From the NCBI GenBank assembly GCA_010093995.1, contig ML992505.1:535433-599432 (forward strand): a stretch of DNA of 64,000 nucleotides, given 5' to 3'. Positions 1 to 13,384 of the stretch are shown here, one piece after another (the stretch's first letter is position 1; each line of letters opens with the position of its first letter). The notes beneath the pieces were generated by a model that did not search any database, was not told the origin of the DNA, and was given only the letters and a program-made list of their open reading frames with translations. Origin of the DNA: Elsinoe ampelina. Lineage: Eukaryota. A program made the position numbers and the translations under genes.

Positions 1-1655
1 CTATGACCAAAGTAAAATGCAAAGAACAATGGGAGACCAACGTAAGCAGTGAAGAATCTGCTTACGCTCCACCTCGACGGGAAGAACGTGTCAAACCCAT
101 TGATCAGTGCAAGGACAGCGAAACCGGCGATCGAGACGTATGAACCCCATGGCTGCATCCAGCTATGGTACGGCTTATCGGCGTCCTTGATACCTTGTGC
201 TTCGCACGCTTTGCGGAAACGGAGGTAGGTGATGGCGCAGCAAATCCAAGAGATGAAGGCGGATTGATTGGTGAGATTGACGAACCAATTGAAGACCACT
301 GCAGCTCCGGAAGACACGTTCAGGTAAGAGAGCGGGACGTACAGGGCTGTGAGGCCGATGGCGGCATAGGGGACGCCGTTCTTGCCGCAATACTTGAACA
401 CACTGGGTGCGTTGCCGGAGAGAGCCAGGGCGTACAAGCTACGAGAAGACAGGTACATGAAGGAATTGCCAGACGACCAAGCCGAGACGATGATGCCGGC
501 ATTGATGATGCTGTCCAGGACGGGGATGCCGGCATTGGCGATACCGACGACAAAGGGAGATGAACCCGCCCCTGCACCGCCAGAGGTGAGACGTGCGTCG
601 TCTGATGGGCAGATGACGGAGATGCAAAGCACACCGGTAACGTAGAAGAAGACGAGACGGAAGAAGTAGCGTCGGCCAGCGATAGGTAGGTTGCGACGAG
701 GTGAGTCGACTTCTCCACCAGTAGCGACTAGCAGTTCGGGTGCAAAGGCAAAGGGGAAGGCGGATAGAACCTACCATAATCAGTATACACGGTTGAGACT
801 CCTTTCAAGCTTTACTCACCCAGGTCCTGAGCAATGCCAGAAACCGTCCCGTATCCTCATTACTCGTGACCAGAAACACATTGGCAGCCCTCGGACGCTG
901 CCAATACCGAAACCCAAGCCTATCGTTCGTTGGTCCTCCACCAAAGAACAGGATGATAGAGACAAAGATCAGCCCAATCATCATGATAATCTTCGTCCCA
1001 GCAAACCAAAACTCCGTCTCGCCATAAAACTTGACCGGCAGCAAATTCAGCCCGACAATGACCACAATCATGACCGTGATCCACACCGCGATATTGACAG
1101 GCGGCTCCCAGTACTCAATCACCAACGCCGCGGCCGTAATCTCGTACGGCACGAGGATCCCCAAAGAGTACCAGTACAGCCAACCCATGGCGAAGCCGAG
1201 GGAGCGGGAGACGTATCGGTACCCGAACAGGTTCATGGAGCAGCCTTTGGTGGGACACCAGGAGGAGACCTCCGTAATGCCTGTCACTACGCACCAGACC
1301 AGGAATGTCATCCAGCAGAAGGCGCCGAAGAGGAACGCAGGGCCTCCGATGGCGAGTGTTTGTCCTGTGCCGACGAAGAGACCGGTGCCGATGGTTCCGC
1401 CCCTACCAGCGTGTCAAGTCTACAATTGTGTCCTGTCTAGCGGTCCACTTACAGTGCTATCATCTGGCAATGCCTGCTCTTGAGCCCGCGTTGGGTGCTG
1501 TTATAGCGATCATCGTACAGGTCACCGGTGAGGACATCTGGGTTGACCAGCGAGCCTTTCCGCTCCGCAGTATTCGCACCCGCGCCCTTCTTCTCTGCGC
1601 ATATTTCTGCAGCCCGGTGGTCGTACGCAGGGAGATCTGGTCTGACCGTGATCAT
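1..1655 (-). CDS. Amino-acid permease (APC/YAT family, proline permease PUT4/PrnB-like); 3' end runs off the window
   Basis: ATG at 1655. Spliced reading gives RGLKSRHCQMIAL|GGTIGTGLFVG...FYGETEFWFA...LGFRYW, then after an intron near 770-818 FAFAPELLVATGGE...SSPFV...SAWSSGNS...SRSLY. GT-AG introns near 1403-1452 and 770-818. Confidence 0.93.
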
Positions 1656-2581
1656 GATTGGGACAGGTCACGCGACCTGGTAGGAGGTATTCAAGAACAA
1701 ATTGCTGTAGTAACACCAGGCACAAGTGGACAGACGCGGTAGGAGATAAGCAGGAATACGCACATAGATATACCTACCTGTTCTGTATCTGCAGGGCACA
1801 GAGTACAACGCAGACCAAGTCTCTTGCCAAAGACACTGTCAGCTTGGGATCCGCTTGATTCCCTTGTCCCGTGATAGAATTTGGGGGTGAGCTCACGTCG
1901 ATCGTCCAACAAGATGTCTGCATGTCGGCTTGAAGCGGGCAAGCGTTCCTTGGTAGGGTCCTGGCCGAGAGATAAGTGCAGTGTCGGCGCCGTCTCAGCG
2001 TTCTCGGTTTTGGGGCGGGGATAGAGTGGGCTTGCGTTGAGGGACGAGTACTACCACTGATGACGGGTGACGAGGCGTGGTGGATTGTCTACCTGTACGT
2101 CGGACCCGGAACACGTCTATCAAGATGCAGGAGTTTGGCCGGAGTTGATACGGCGGAGCTGTCGATAGGAAGGAAGCTTTCTGTTATGGAGACAAGACGG
2201 GAGAGTTACCTCAGCCCTTGGTCAGACCGTCAGGACAAGAGGACATGGCCCATCTTCGAGCTTTGACCACTGCGGGGCAGCTGAGAAAAAAATTGCTGCA
2301 GTTGACCTCGAAACTGCCTGCCTTCGGCCCTTGACGGATGAGTTGGATGAAACTTCAACTCATTCTGGCATATGGACAACATTATTGTGATCCTCTTTGC
2401 GTTGTTGAGCTGAACATGGTTGTCGACGAGAGAAGAAGACGCGGCGAGGTCTCCGAAGCAATTGATGTTTTCGTGCAGCAGAGAGCGCTTGTCAGGTAGG
2501 TCTGTGGTCGTGATTTCCATGGATATCGTACCATTTGCAACCTTGCCATCATTTGTATTCTCAACCAGAAGAGCGATCCTT

Positions 2582-3492
2582 ATGGCGAATGTCGCCGACA
2601 GAAAGCTGCATTGCAAAGAACTCGTGGTAGTATGCTGTCATGCATTCTACAATTGCAATACTTCACTGTGAGTCTTTCGAGGCGTTGCTTGCCTGTTGCC
2701 ATCGAGCAATAAAACGCACATCACTCGATCAGAAGTCTGGTTAAGACAGCACATTGGCCCACTACTGACCTTTTAAGGGACCCTCTGAGTGAAGAGGCAT
2801 GGCATTTGAAGTCCTTTCAGAAATCCAACCGGTCAACGGGAAAGACAGGAGAACACGACACCTTTGTCAACCACATCATCACAGCAGCACATCAACTAGC
2901 CAGACCAGATACACTCGTCATCTTCTCTGGCGGTCGAACGGACCCCGAGATAGCTTACAGCGAGAGCGAGAGCTACGCTGCAGCATTCCAGCAGCTCATG
3001 GAATCTTCGATCCGCATCGCACCAGACGTTGCCATGAACGCTTTGGAAAGTGGAAGATGGGCTACAGAGCAGCATGCCACAGACTCGTATCAGAACCTGC
3101 TCTTCTCGATACTCGAGTTCCGTCGAGTCGTGGGTGCATACCCTGAACGCGTGACGGTGGTTACGCACAAGTTCAAGATAACCCGCTTCATTGAACTGCA
3201 TGCACCTGCCATTCGGTGGCCCGCTGAGCGTATCAGAGTGATAGGCATCGATCCTGAATGGTGTGATGAGGAGGAAAGGTTCAGCACGATCAAGCTTGAG
3301 ATGACTATGGCTGTCGAGCCGTTCAGAGCAGATCCCCATGGAATCAAGGATCCGCTCGCCGCCAAAAGATTGCAAAGGCAGTGGGATCCTGCTACTCTAG
3401 AGATGCTCGCGGTTGGCTTGGAGCCGCAGGTCGCTTACCTGTTATCTTGGTCGGAATGTCGCATGTATGAGGGAGCATTGCCATGGGTGTAG
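2582..3492 (+). CDS. DUF218-like / YOR238W-like protein (2 exons)
   Basis: Exon 1 MANVADRKLHCKELVVVCCHAFY, intron GTGAGT near 2668 to TTTAAG near 2776, exon 2 with GEHDTFVNHI, LVIFSGGRT, SESESY, ATDSYQNLLFSI, TVVTHKFK motifs. Confidence 0.8.
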
Positions 3493-3750
3493 CCACAATC
3501 GCCATCACCACGCCTGGCATGCCCGTCGCTGCGCTCGTCCAATGGTGGCTTTGTTTAAGACCATGACAAGCTGAGCCCTATTCTTCGGGCCAAAGTGGCC
3601 CGCTTTGCCCCGCCATTTCCAGATCTGGTAGTTTTTGACAAGCACGCCTTGCCAGCTTCAACAACACTTTGCTTGTCGCGGCTGTCAAGTCTACACTCTC
3701 CCTGGCAAAGAAGAATCCTAGGATACATCGTGGACAAATCATCCCTCAAA

Positions 3751-4953
3751 ATGGCCGACCTCTCAACCTGCCCGCCTCTCACTCGCGCCTCCGTACAGGA
3801 GGCCCACAAGCTTATAACCCCGCACATCCACCGCACCCCAGTCCTTACCTGCGCAACCCTCACACGTCTCGCCAGCACACCTCAAGATCCCTCGTCACCG
3901 CTCTTTGCGCCTTGCTCACCAGGCGCCGCTCCTGCGTCCCCCAAGATCAACCTCCTCTTCAAATGCGAAAACACTCAACGCATCGGCGCCTTCAAAGCCC
4001 GAGGAGCCTTCCACGCGCTGTCACGACTGCGCATATCCTCTCCCGAACTCCTTGAGAAGGGCGTAATCACTCATTCATCCGGCAATCATGCACAAGCCCT
4101 CGCCCTCGCGGCGCGGGAATTCGGCGTCAAAGCCACCATCGTCATGCCGGAGATCAGCACGACCAGCAAGATCGAGGGGACCAAGAGCCAGGGAGCAGAA
4201 GTCGTCTTCAGCGGGTCGACGAGCGTGGAAAGGGAAGCAGTAGTGAACAAGATCATCGAGGAGCGAGGCCTCACACTGGTCCCGCCTTACGACCACCCGG
4301 ACATCATACTGGGACAAGGCACACTGGCATTAGAGCTGGAGGAGCAAGCAAAAGAGATCCTGAACCACTACAGAGGACCAGGCAAATCCCGAGGAGGCTG
4401 CAGTTTCGCAGCAGAACGGCAGGGCACCTCCAATGGTGTCACCAATGGCACCAATGGACACCCACCCACCAAAGGACTCGACGCCGTCATCGCCCCCTGC
4501 GGCGGCGGCGGCATGCTCTCCGGCGTCGCCACCGCTCTCTCCGGCACCGGCATCCGGGTGTTCGCCGCCGAGCCCTCCTTCCAAGGCGGCGATGACGCCA
4601 AGCGAGGAGTCGCTGCAGGCAAACGGGTGGACAGCGTGAAGACGCTTACTATCGCCGACGGGCTACGGACTCCGCTGGGCGATCATACGTGGAAAATCAT
4701 CAGTGACAAGGAGAAGGTGCAGGGATTGTACAGCGTGACGGAGGAGCAGATCAAGGCTGCGATGAAGTTGATGTTGGAGCGGGCGAAGATTTTCATCGAG
4801 CCGTCCTCGGCGGTGGGCGTGGCGGTGGCGTTGTATAATGAAGAGTTTAGGGCGATGGTGGAGAGGGAGGCGGGGGAGGAGGGGTGGGATATTGGGGTGG
4901 TGTTGACGGGCGGTAATACGACCGTCGAGGCTATTGCTAAGTTGTTCGGTTGA
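3751..4953 (+). CDS. PLP-dependent serine/threonine dehydratase / serine racemase family (SRY1-like)
   Basis: IHRTPVLT, FKCENTQRIGAFKARGA (PLP lysine), HSSGNHAQA, PPYDHPDIILGQGT, PCGGGGMLSG, TIADGLRT, IEPSSA, TGGN. Likely ATG at 3751; intronless. Confidence 0.93.
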   Translation: MADLSTCPPLTRASVQEAHKLITPHIHRTPVLTCATLTRLASTPQDPSSPLFAPCSPGAAPASPKINLLFKCENTQRIGAFKARGAFHALSRLRISSPELLEKGVITHSSGNHAQALALAAREFGVKATIVMPEISTTSKIEGTKSQGAEVVFSGSTSVEREAVVNKIIEERGLTLVPPYDHPDIILGQGTLALELEEQAKEILNHYRGPGKSRGGCSFAAERQGTSNGVTNGTNGHPPTKGLDAVIAPCGGGGMLSGVATALSGTGIRVFAAEPSFQGGDDAKRGVAAGKRVDSVKTLTIADGLRTPLGDHTWKIISDKEKVQGLYSVTEEQIKAAMKLMLERAKIFIEPSSAVGVAVALYNEEFRAMVEREAGEEGWDIGVVLTGGNTTVEAIAKLFG

Positions 4954-5715
4954 GGGGAGGGTGAGTTTGGATGGGCATGAGGATGGAGGGACTTCATGTG
5001 AGCGATGTTGCCTTGTCTACGCAAGACTTCTCCCATTATGGGCGAATCACGACGTCGGTGGTACCGCGACCTGCATCAATACTGGGCAGTGTGAGGTGCA
5101 AGATATCATTTGGACAGGAGAAGGTACAGACAAATCTTTTTCGACGTATGGCAGCCTTGTAGGTACTGTCCCGAAGAGACCTTTACACTATGAACTTCTC
5201 GTGGTGAGCACCAAATTCTCCCCCCTTGACCGGTAGGTAATACCAATTCGTCATCTTTACTGACAAGAATGAAGCCACTGCATCAGACACCGACTACTAG
5301 CACAGACGTACTCCCACAGCGAACACATTGGGACTGCCCTGTGCCTTTCATGTGCAGATAGATCCTAGCCGATAAGCATATCCAGAACAATGACCACCAA
5401 AAGCTGCAGCTCAGTGCATGGATCCCATAGTGCATTCACAGATGAAGAGGAACGACCAGAACATGTGAAGATCAAGCCCTTCATTCTCGACCAATGGCAG
5501 CCTGGTAGGATCTACCCGAGAGGCACGTCAACACATGACAATCAAGGACGAGTTCAGTTTCATCATTTTCATTTCCCAATCACTATCGTAACAAAAACCT
5601 CACTTCTCGGCAGCGCCACCTTTACTCCAGCCAACGAGCCGGCCGAGACCCATCAGTCCCAAGAGTGTGAAAGACACAGCCAAGCCCTTCAACGACATCA
5701 CCACGACGTATCTGG

Positions 5716-7306
5716 CTAGAGCACGCTCGAGGCTCTACTCACGTCGGAGAAGATGGCCTCCAGAAGCGTGCGGTCCTGCTTCTCGATGGTGTTGTCCTTC
5801 GCCTTCGCTGGCTCGAGCAATCTCGGCCAGTCCCAACGTTCCACCCGTCGCCACCATACCATAGCGCCACTTCCCGTTGAAAGCGACGAGGCCGTCTGCG
5901 CGAGAGAGTACACCGTGACCGGTACGGGACGCAATCTGGCTACCCTCAAGTACCGGACGGTGAGCACCTCCCATGTCTCGACACCCAGTATTCCCGAGCT
6001 TTGTGGTCTGCTGCTCCGGCAGTCCCTTAGGTCCTTCAGGTTGTACCGCCTTGCGCCCATCATAGCATTCGTAGCTTTCCTCGTCCGTTGCCCTGCCCGT
6101 CCAGCTACCATGCGGAGGAAATCTGTTCTTTGCTCTCGCCAGGTACCTTGCCGACCGAGGTAGCTGTCCAAGAACTCGATGCTTTCCTCACGTGTGAGAC
6201 CTGCGCCTTGGCTTGGACGTATGGATGCTGGTAGTTTCTGGTCTTCGGTAATGATTCGGAAGTGAATCTCTCCAGAAACCAATTGGTGTTTCCATGCGCC
6301 ATGGCGAAGGCGAGCTGTATACGCATCATCTTCGTCGTGGTTCTGCAGAGCAGTGATGTTGGGTCTTCGTCTGTGTAATGCGACGGTAAGAGGCCTTGAT
6401 GAGGGTCGTATGACTTGAGCCCAAGGCGAGAGATCCCTGACGCCCTTGCCCCTCTGCGCGATATTGCTTGAGCAAGCCATCGATCTCGACCGGGTGCGGA
6501 GTTGCTCTTGATATGGTTGTCGAGGTCGTTGAGCAGTGAAGCGTCCTCCTGGCTGGCGATGAAGGTTGGAGGGATGAAGCCAGCGTTACCGTACTTAATC
6601 GGCGGGTCCAGAGCGCGTCTGTGTTCCAGCGGCATCGTCCAACTCTTCAGAGCTACCAGCATGGCAACTCCCTTGGTGATGTGGTAGTTATCCTCATTGA
6701 TACGGGCGTCGGGGTCGAAAGGGATGGTGTCGCCTGCCAGATATGTGGTTAGGCCAGAATGTCGCAAACTCAAATAATAGGCGAAAAGACCGGATAATGG
6801 CGGTGTCTTGTTGTTGTTCCAATCACAGTACGAGGTTTCTGTGTTGTGGTAGGACCTGGTGTGAGGTACTACCACATCTAATCCAAACATCACCAGGTCA
6901 GTATCCAGCCCGCTCCACTCCCTCCACTCTGGCCCTTCTTGATCTCAGATGGACCATCTTGCGGGGGCCCCCCGTCCGTCTGAAACATGGCCATGGACTG
7001 CTCCTCGAGGGCGTTCTTAAGTTTGGCCCAGGTGGAAATGCTGACGGCAACGTGGGACGGACTGGTGTCGTACTCATCTAAGGTCTCGCGGATGATGTAC
7101 TGCTCGACCGTCTGCTTGTGATCAGCTCCTACAGATGGCCCGGCTCGAGGTCGATTGCTTACCTCGTTGGTCAATCCCTCCGCTACCTTGGCCTTGGCCA
7201 CAAGGTCGGCTACTCTGTATGACCTCTCACGTCGAAAGATGAGGTTATCGCCGTCGAGGGTGACGTAGATAGTGTCCCACTTGACCGTGGCCGTGCTCTC
7301 CATCAA
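5716..7306 (-). CDS. Hypothetical protein, probably multi-exon
   Basis: Three consecutive minus-strand ORFs (6890-7306, 6105-6893, 5716-6480). A CTGAC branch and TTAG acceptor near 6878-6902 can join the first two. No recognised motif; boundaries uncertain. Confidence 0.4.
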
Positions 7307-7806
7307 AGCTCTTCGCCTTGTCCAATATCACCTTTCGGACGAAGGACTACACCTGTAGCAGAGCAACAGCGGCGGCGATAACTGGCATAGTTAGTAGTGT
7401 ATGTCGAGCATACTACCAGATGAGGTGGTCTCAAAGTGGCCAGTCCCACGGTCGTCAGCAGGATCCTCGCTGCGGTAGATGGGCACTACCAGCCCAGCCA
7501 GAGCACCCTCCATGTCGAAGTTGTTGAATAAGAATGCTGAATCCAGAGTTGCGAGAGGTGCGGACAGACGTACTCATATACCCTCCTGCGGTGGGCTGGC
7601 AATGATTGCTAATGTAGTCCTAGTGGGGCGAACAAACGAGCTCCGTTTGTGACTTGGCGACAAGGGGCTGCAACATGACAAACAGCAGAAGCTGATGGAC
7701 GTTTCGCAAATGGCGGCCGCTCTGCATGTCACAGGTTGCTTTGTTCAATGTTGACGTCAAGTCCCTAACAAACGCGTCTGGTAGTTATCTGCAGGGCAGC
7801 ATGCCG

Positions 7807-8172
7807 TCATGTCGCCAGTCCAGATCGTGCCAGCCGGCTCAGGAAGGCAGGGTCTTCCAGCTCGGTCTTGGATATTCCAAAAACATCCTGGTACACAGGG
7901 AGCATGTCGTGAGGACCGCATGGCCGTGCGTCGCCGCTTGCTCTTCGCTTCTCAAAGAAAGAGGCAAGTCGTGATTGTATGACTTGTTCCACAGTGAGAG
8001 GCATCCCTGTTGCATCGCATGTTTGCCTTGAACCGAGCACTGTTTCACCATCGCTCGAACTAGCAGGTGAGTCGGCGGGGCTCTTTTCGTCCATCAGAGC
8101 ATGCTTGAGCAGATCTGCCTCCGAAGTCGAAAAGTATGGCTGACTGATGTAGAGCGGGTCGGTGGTGGACAT
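7807..8172 (-). CDS. Small hypothetical protein (~121 aa)
   Basis: ATG-initiated MSTTDPLYISQPYFS...RLASFFEKRRASGDARPCGPHDMLPVYQDVFGI; protein-like composition, and the RPCGPHDM segment resembles conserved fungal hypotheticals. Confidence 0.6.
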   Translation of the reverse strand: MSTTDPLYISQPYFSTSEADLLKHALMDEKSPADSPASSSDGETVLGSRQTCDATGMPLTVEQVIQSRLASFFEKRRASGDARPCGPHDMLPVYQDVFGISKTELEDPAFLSRLARSGLAT

Positions 8173-9824
8173 GGTCCGCTTCTCGGCCTGGCGGTCATTC
8201 GAGATATTCCGCAGGTCGCAAATAGAACCATGAGCTTGTAGCGGATGCCAGGTCGCGCATGCAGGAGATCTGGTATCTTTCCGAGCTTGCTTGTGGACGG
8301 TGACGAAGTTTCGGGGATGGCGGATTGTGAGTCGTTGGTGCCGGCGGCTTTCGCTGTCTTGGACTTGATACGATTCTTGCTCTTGCCCATGGCTGATTTC
8401 GGAGCTTTGCCATACACTGTTGTCTGCGCGATACGAGCCGGATGTCCAGCTTGGAAGGACTACAGAATTGGAAGAAATGAAAGAAGACCTCACATAAGTC
8501 GAGTAAGTTCAGAGTCACAAAGGTAGTTTCTTTTGTGAACCACGAACCTTGTTTGCAACTCGGAGGCATTTTGTGTAGTGTGAGTCCCGGCCTAACGATC
8601 GCATCGAGCCCGACATCTGATAGAAAGTGCCAGGTGCTCTGCTTCGCGGCCTGGTAGGATGTCGGGCATACCATACATTGCATCTAAGCAGCTAGGATGA
8701 TTCCATGCAAGCTCGCTAGCACAGTCACGGGGCACTCTCTTGTCACAGAAAAAGAGGACCATCCTACCATCCACTTCAATTCACCATCTGCACCTCCTCG
8801 GGCAATTGGCAGCCGGCAGCCACTCATGGACTCAAGCGGTAGGGTTGCACCATACTGTCGCTGTGATGCTCTTTCGTTTCATTTGGACATATGCGACGTT
8901 GGTCTCTCCATAGCGAACAAGACGCCCTCATTGCCTGCATAACACAGGCCAGTAGTTGATGGGTTCAACCGTTGAAAATAGATCGGCGTTACCGTGGTGG
9001 TTGCGCAGAGCACAACGAAGCAATGAGTGGCTGTGCATGGCTGTCAGAAATTTCCTTCCCAGCAAAGAGGAACGACCAGCCAGCTCCGACGAACGGGCAA
9101 CGACTCGGCCCTGAACATGGGTTCGGGACGAAAGCCTCGAGCGGATCCTGTCAAAAAGGATGCAAGGCGATCTATAATTGGTTGGGCAGTTGACGAGGAC
9201 CTGTCGTGTCTCGATCAAATGCTACGCTGAGAAGACCGAGTGACGTTATGCTCGTGGGAAAAGTAGGCTCGGGAGGGCTGATCCCCTCGTATACATATTG
9301 AGCTTGTTTCTGAATGACATGGTCGATTGACATACAGGGCAAGAAGCAGGAAGCGAGGTACTTGTAGATGACCGGACCTGCAAACCTGCTTTGAGAATTC
9401 TGCATCATATACCGACTCCTGCAATCCTTGACATTTCCTCTCTGCTATAAGTTACACTCGTTTCTCTTGGACAAACAGATCGCAATTCGCGACGGTCGAT
9501 CAGGGGAGCACGAGCCGCGATTTTACTGGCTGGCAGCCCGACGCGTCACAGCTTCGCCGTTTCAGAAAAGCTCCCTCTCTCTGCGGTGCACGCTTGACGC
9601 TTCACAGCCCACGGTCCCAGGCGCCGCTCCACGCATTTGTACGCATTTTCTGGGGTCAAGGCTTTGACACTGCTCGACCCTTGAATCCTTGATCTCATCT
9701 TTTGCCATTTGCACATTCTCCATCAACCTCTTCACGACTCTGCTCCTACGACCCTACACTCGTTTCCACCAGCTCCATCCTCGACGTTTATGCCAATCCT
9801 TTGTTGAAGCCCGGCGCTCCAAAA

Positions 9825-12719
9825 ATGGCTTACCACGGTGGTCACGGGGGAGGCTACGACAACTCCATGGGTGACATGGGCAGGCAAGGCGTGAGTTTAG
9901 ATCAATCATGATTATTTGATGCCTCGACTGACATGGACAGCGCCCGTATCAGACCCCACGACCTCACGATTCAGACGAAGAAGATGTTGATCGCTCGTTG
10001 TTGCACCAAAACCCCACAGGTCCATTCCAGGGCCCCTTTGACGACCACAACAGCCGCGTCCACACCCCAGGAGCTGACAGCGGCTACAACATGAATCAAG
10101 ATTACATGAACGGCAACGGACACGCTCCGCCATACAACGGCAATGGTGGCTACACAGAATACAAGGGGACGACACTCTCAGATCCTGGCTACGGCCCTCC
10201 TCCGCGGGTCAACTCTCCATATGCACCCAGCGAGACTGGCTCCACAGAAGCATGGGCGCGCCGTCAGCAACCCGGTGGCGGGAACAGCGCCCTGAAGCGT
10301 GCAGCTACCAGGAAGGTCAAGCTTGTCCAAGGTGCAGTCCTCAGCGCCGATTACCCAGTCCCCTCAGCCATCCAGAATGCCATCCAGGCCAAATACCGCA
10401 ATGACCTGGAGAGCGGCAGCGAGGAGTTCACCCACGTGCGATGTAAGTCAGATCATGCCGAGGTCAAGAGACAACCCCTAACAGTTCTTAGACACTGCTG
10501 CAACCTGCGATCCCAACGAGTTCACCCTCAAGAACGGCTACAATCTCCGTCCAGCCATGTACAACCGTCACACCGAGCTCCTCATCGCCATTACCTACTA
10601 CAACGAAGACAAGGTCCTGACGGCAAGAACTCTTCACGGTGTTATGCAAAACATTCGTGAGATTGTCAACCTCAAGAGATCAGAGTTCTGGAACAAAGGT
10701 GGCCCCGCTTGGCAGAAAATTGTCGTGTGCTTGGTCTTCGACGGTATCGACCCTTGCGACAAGGGCACTCTCGATCTCCTGGCCACCATTGGTATCTACC
10801 AGGATGGTATCATGAAGAAGGACATTGATGGAAAGGAGACCACTGCACACATCTTCGAGTACACCACGCAATTGTCCGTCACGCCCAACCAGCAGCTCAT
10901 TCGTCCTCTCGATGATGGTCCTACCACTCTTCCACCAGTCCAGATGATGTTCTGCTTGAAGCAGAAGAACAGTAAAAAGATCAACTCGCATCGATGGCTG
11001 TTCACCGCTTTCGGCCGCATTCTCAACCCCGAGATTTGCATCCTGCTCGATGCGGGTACCAAGCCTGGCCACAAGTCTCTTCTCGCACTCTGGGAGGCAT
11101 TCTACAACGACAAAGACCTCGGAGGCTCTTGTGGCGAGATTCATGCAATGCTGGGAAGGGGTTGGAAGAACTTGCTCAACCCGCTGGTGGCCGCGCAGAA
11201 TTTCGAGTACAAGATCAGTAATATCCTGGACAAGCCTCTGGAGAGCTCTTTCGGGTACGTCTCTGTCTTGCCCGGTGCTTTCTCCGCCTACCGTTTCCGC
11301 GCCATCATGGGACGACCCCTCGAGCAGTACTTCCACGGTGATCACACCCTTTCCAAGCAACTCGGTAAGAAGGGTATTGAGGGCATGAACATTTTCAAGA
11401 AGAACATGTTCTTGGCCGAGGATCGTATTCTGTGTTTCGAATTGGTTGCCAAAGCCGGCTCAAAGTGGCACTTGACCTATGTCAAATCCTCAAAGGGTGA
11501 AACTGATGTGCCAGAAGGAGCTCCAGAATTCATCGGACAGCGCCGTAGATGGCTGAACGGTTCATTTGCCGCCACCATCTACTCGCTCATGCACTTCGGA
11601 CGTCTCTACAAGTCTGGTCACAACATTATCCGCATGTTCTTTTTCCACGTGCAGATGATCTACAACATCGCAACGGTCATTCTCACCTGGTTCGCTCTGG
11701 CTTCTTACTGGCTCACGACGAGTGTCATGATGGATCTTGTTGGCCGCCCGAACGAGAACAATGGCAGGCAGGCTTTCCCCTTTGGCAACACGGTCACACC
11801 TATCATCAACACGGTGCTCAAATACCTCTATCTCGGTTTCATCCTCTTGCAATTCATTCTGGCTCTCGGTAACAGACCAAAGGGTTCAAGAGCTTCGTAC
11901 ATTGTCTCGTTCCTGGTCTTTGGTGTCATCCAAGCTTACATCATTGTCCTGGCTATCAGCTTGGTCGTCAAGGCTTTCCAACCAGGAGCGAATGGACAGG
12001 GTGCTTTCAGCGATGTGGATACGGACAATCTGGCTGCTTTCCTCAACTCTACCAGTGTCGTCATTATCATTGCTCTGGCTGCAACCTACGGTCTCTACTT
12101 CTTCGCTTCATTCCTCTACCTCGACCCATGGCACATGTTCACCTCTTTCGTCCAGTACCTCCTTTGCCAGAGCTCGTACATCAACATTCTCAACGTCTAT
12201 GCCTTCAGCAATTGGCACGATGTGTCCTGGGGTACCAAGGGATCCGACAAGGCTGAAGCACTGCCATCCGTCCAGACCAAGAAGGATGAGCATGGCAAAG
12301 CCACTGTGATTGAAGAAGTGGATTTATCGCAGGCCGATATCGATTCCCAGTTCGAGCAGACCGTCAAGCGTGCTCTCACACCGTACGTTGCGCCAAAGGA
12401 AGTCACCACCAAGACACTCGAAGATTCGTACAAATCTTTCCGTACTCGTCTGGTGACGCTGTGGATTTTTAGCAATGCTCTCTTGGCTGTCGGTATCACG
12501 AGTGAGCAGGTGAGCGAATTTGGCTTCACTGTGAGTATACTTTCTTGTAATTATTGAGAAGCAGTACTAACAAGTATCTAGCAAGGTGCAACACAGCGTA
12601 CGGCTAGCTTCTTCAACGCTTTGTTGTGGGCAGTCGCCGCTCTTTCTCTCGTCCGCTTCCTCGGATGTCTCTGGTTCTTGGGCAAGACTGGTCTTTTGTG
12701 CTGTTTCAACAGGCGCTAA
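9825..12719 (+). CDS. Chitin synthase, class III (GT2; ChsB/ChsG-like)
   Basis: ATG at 9825 (MAYHGG); introns near 9891-9940, 10444-10490 and 12531-12580. Motifs [44 protein letters not shown]; ends LLCCFNRR* at 12719. Confidence 0.97.
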
Positions 12720-13384
12720 GCGGCATTACGAATGCATGATGGACTTGAGGACGAGAATGTCAACATCAGGTCTGGCGTTTCAATTACGAGCCATGTCACT
12801 CTACCTCGGGGGATTTCAATGGCTGAGGTCATGTACCACTGGATGATTATGGTCATGCCGAGTGTTTTTTGTGCGATATTTGCGAGAGTTTCTTCGGTTA
12901 AAATAACGAGATTGCAAAGGACGAGTGGTTCATTGCGCGGGCTTGGGATCAGATTGATTGATAGGGTTAATCTGTATTCAATGATTCTCCTTGTGATCAT
13001 GCGTATCTTGTGATCATGCTTATCAGCACCAACCATGGCGTTGACGGAAGTGGTTGCGTGGGCGGTGAGGCTGACTTTGTCCGCCAGCAAACCCCCACAT
13101 CCAAACCTTCTCTTTTTCATCGGCGATCGGCGCCTTGCTTCCGCCTGACGTCGTGACCGCATTTTCTCCAGGCCTGCCATTTGCTTCACTTTTGCATCCC
13201 TCAAAACCTGCTGTACGACCACGACCCAGACGCGGCCTTTCCTTCTTCTGCTTTTCCGCTCTGTCCAGATCTGCAGCGTTCTGTTCACGCCTCTCCATCC
13301 CACCTCGACAATCGCCCTGCAAGCGAGGCAACTTCCCAAACCACCTAGCAAATCCTCAGTAAACAACCCAGCAAGCCTGCAACC

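Noticed and set aside
165..1483. Several plus-strand ORFs of 130-250 aa
   Set aside because: Antisense shadows of the minus-strand permease exons.
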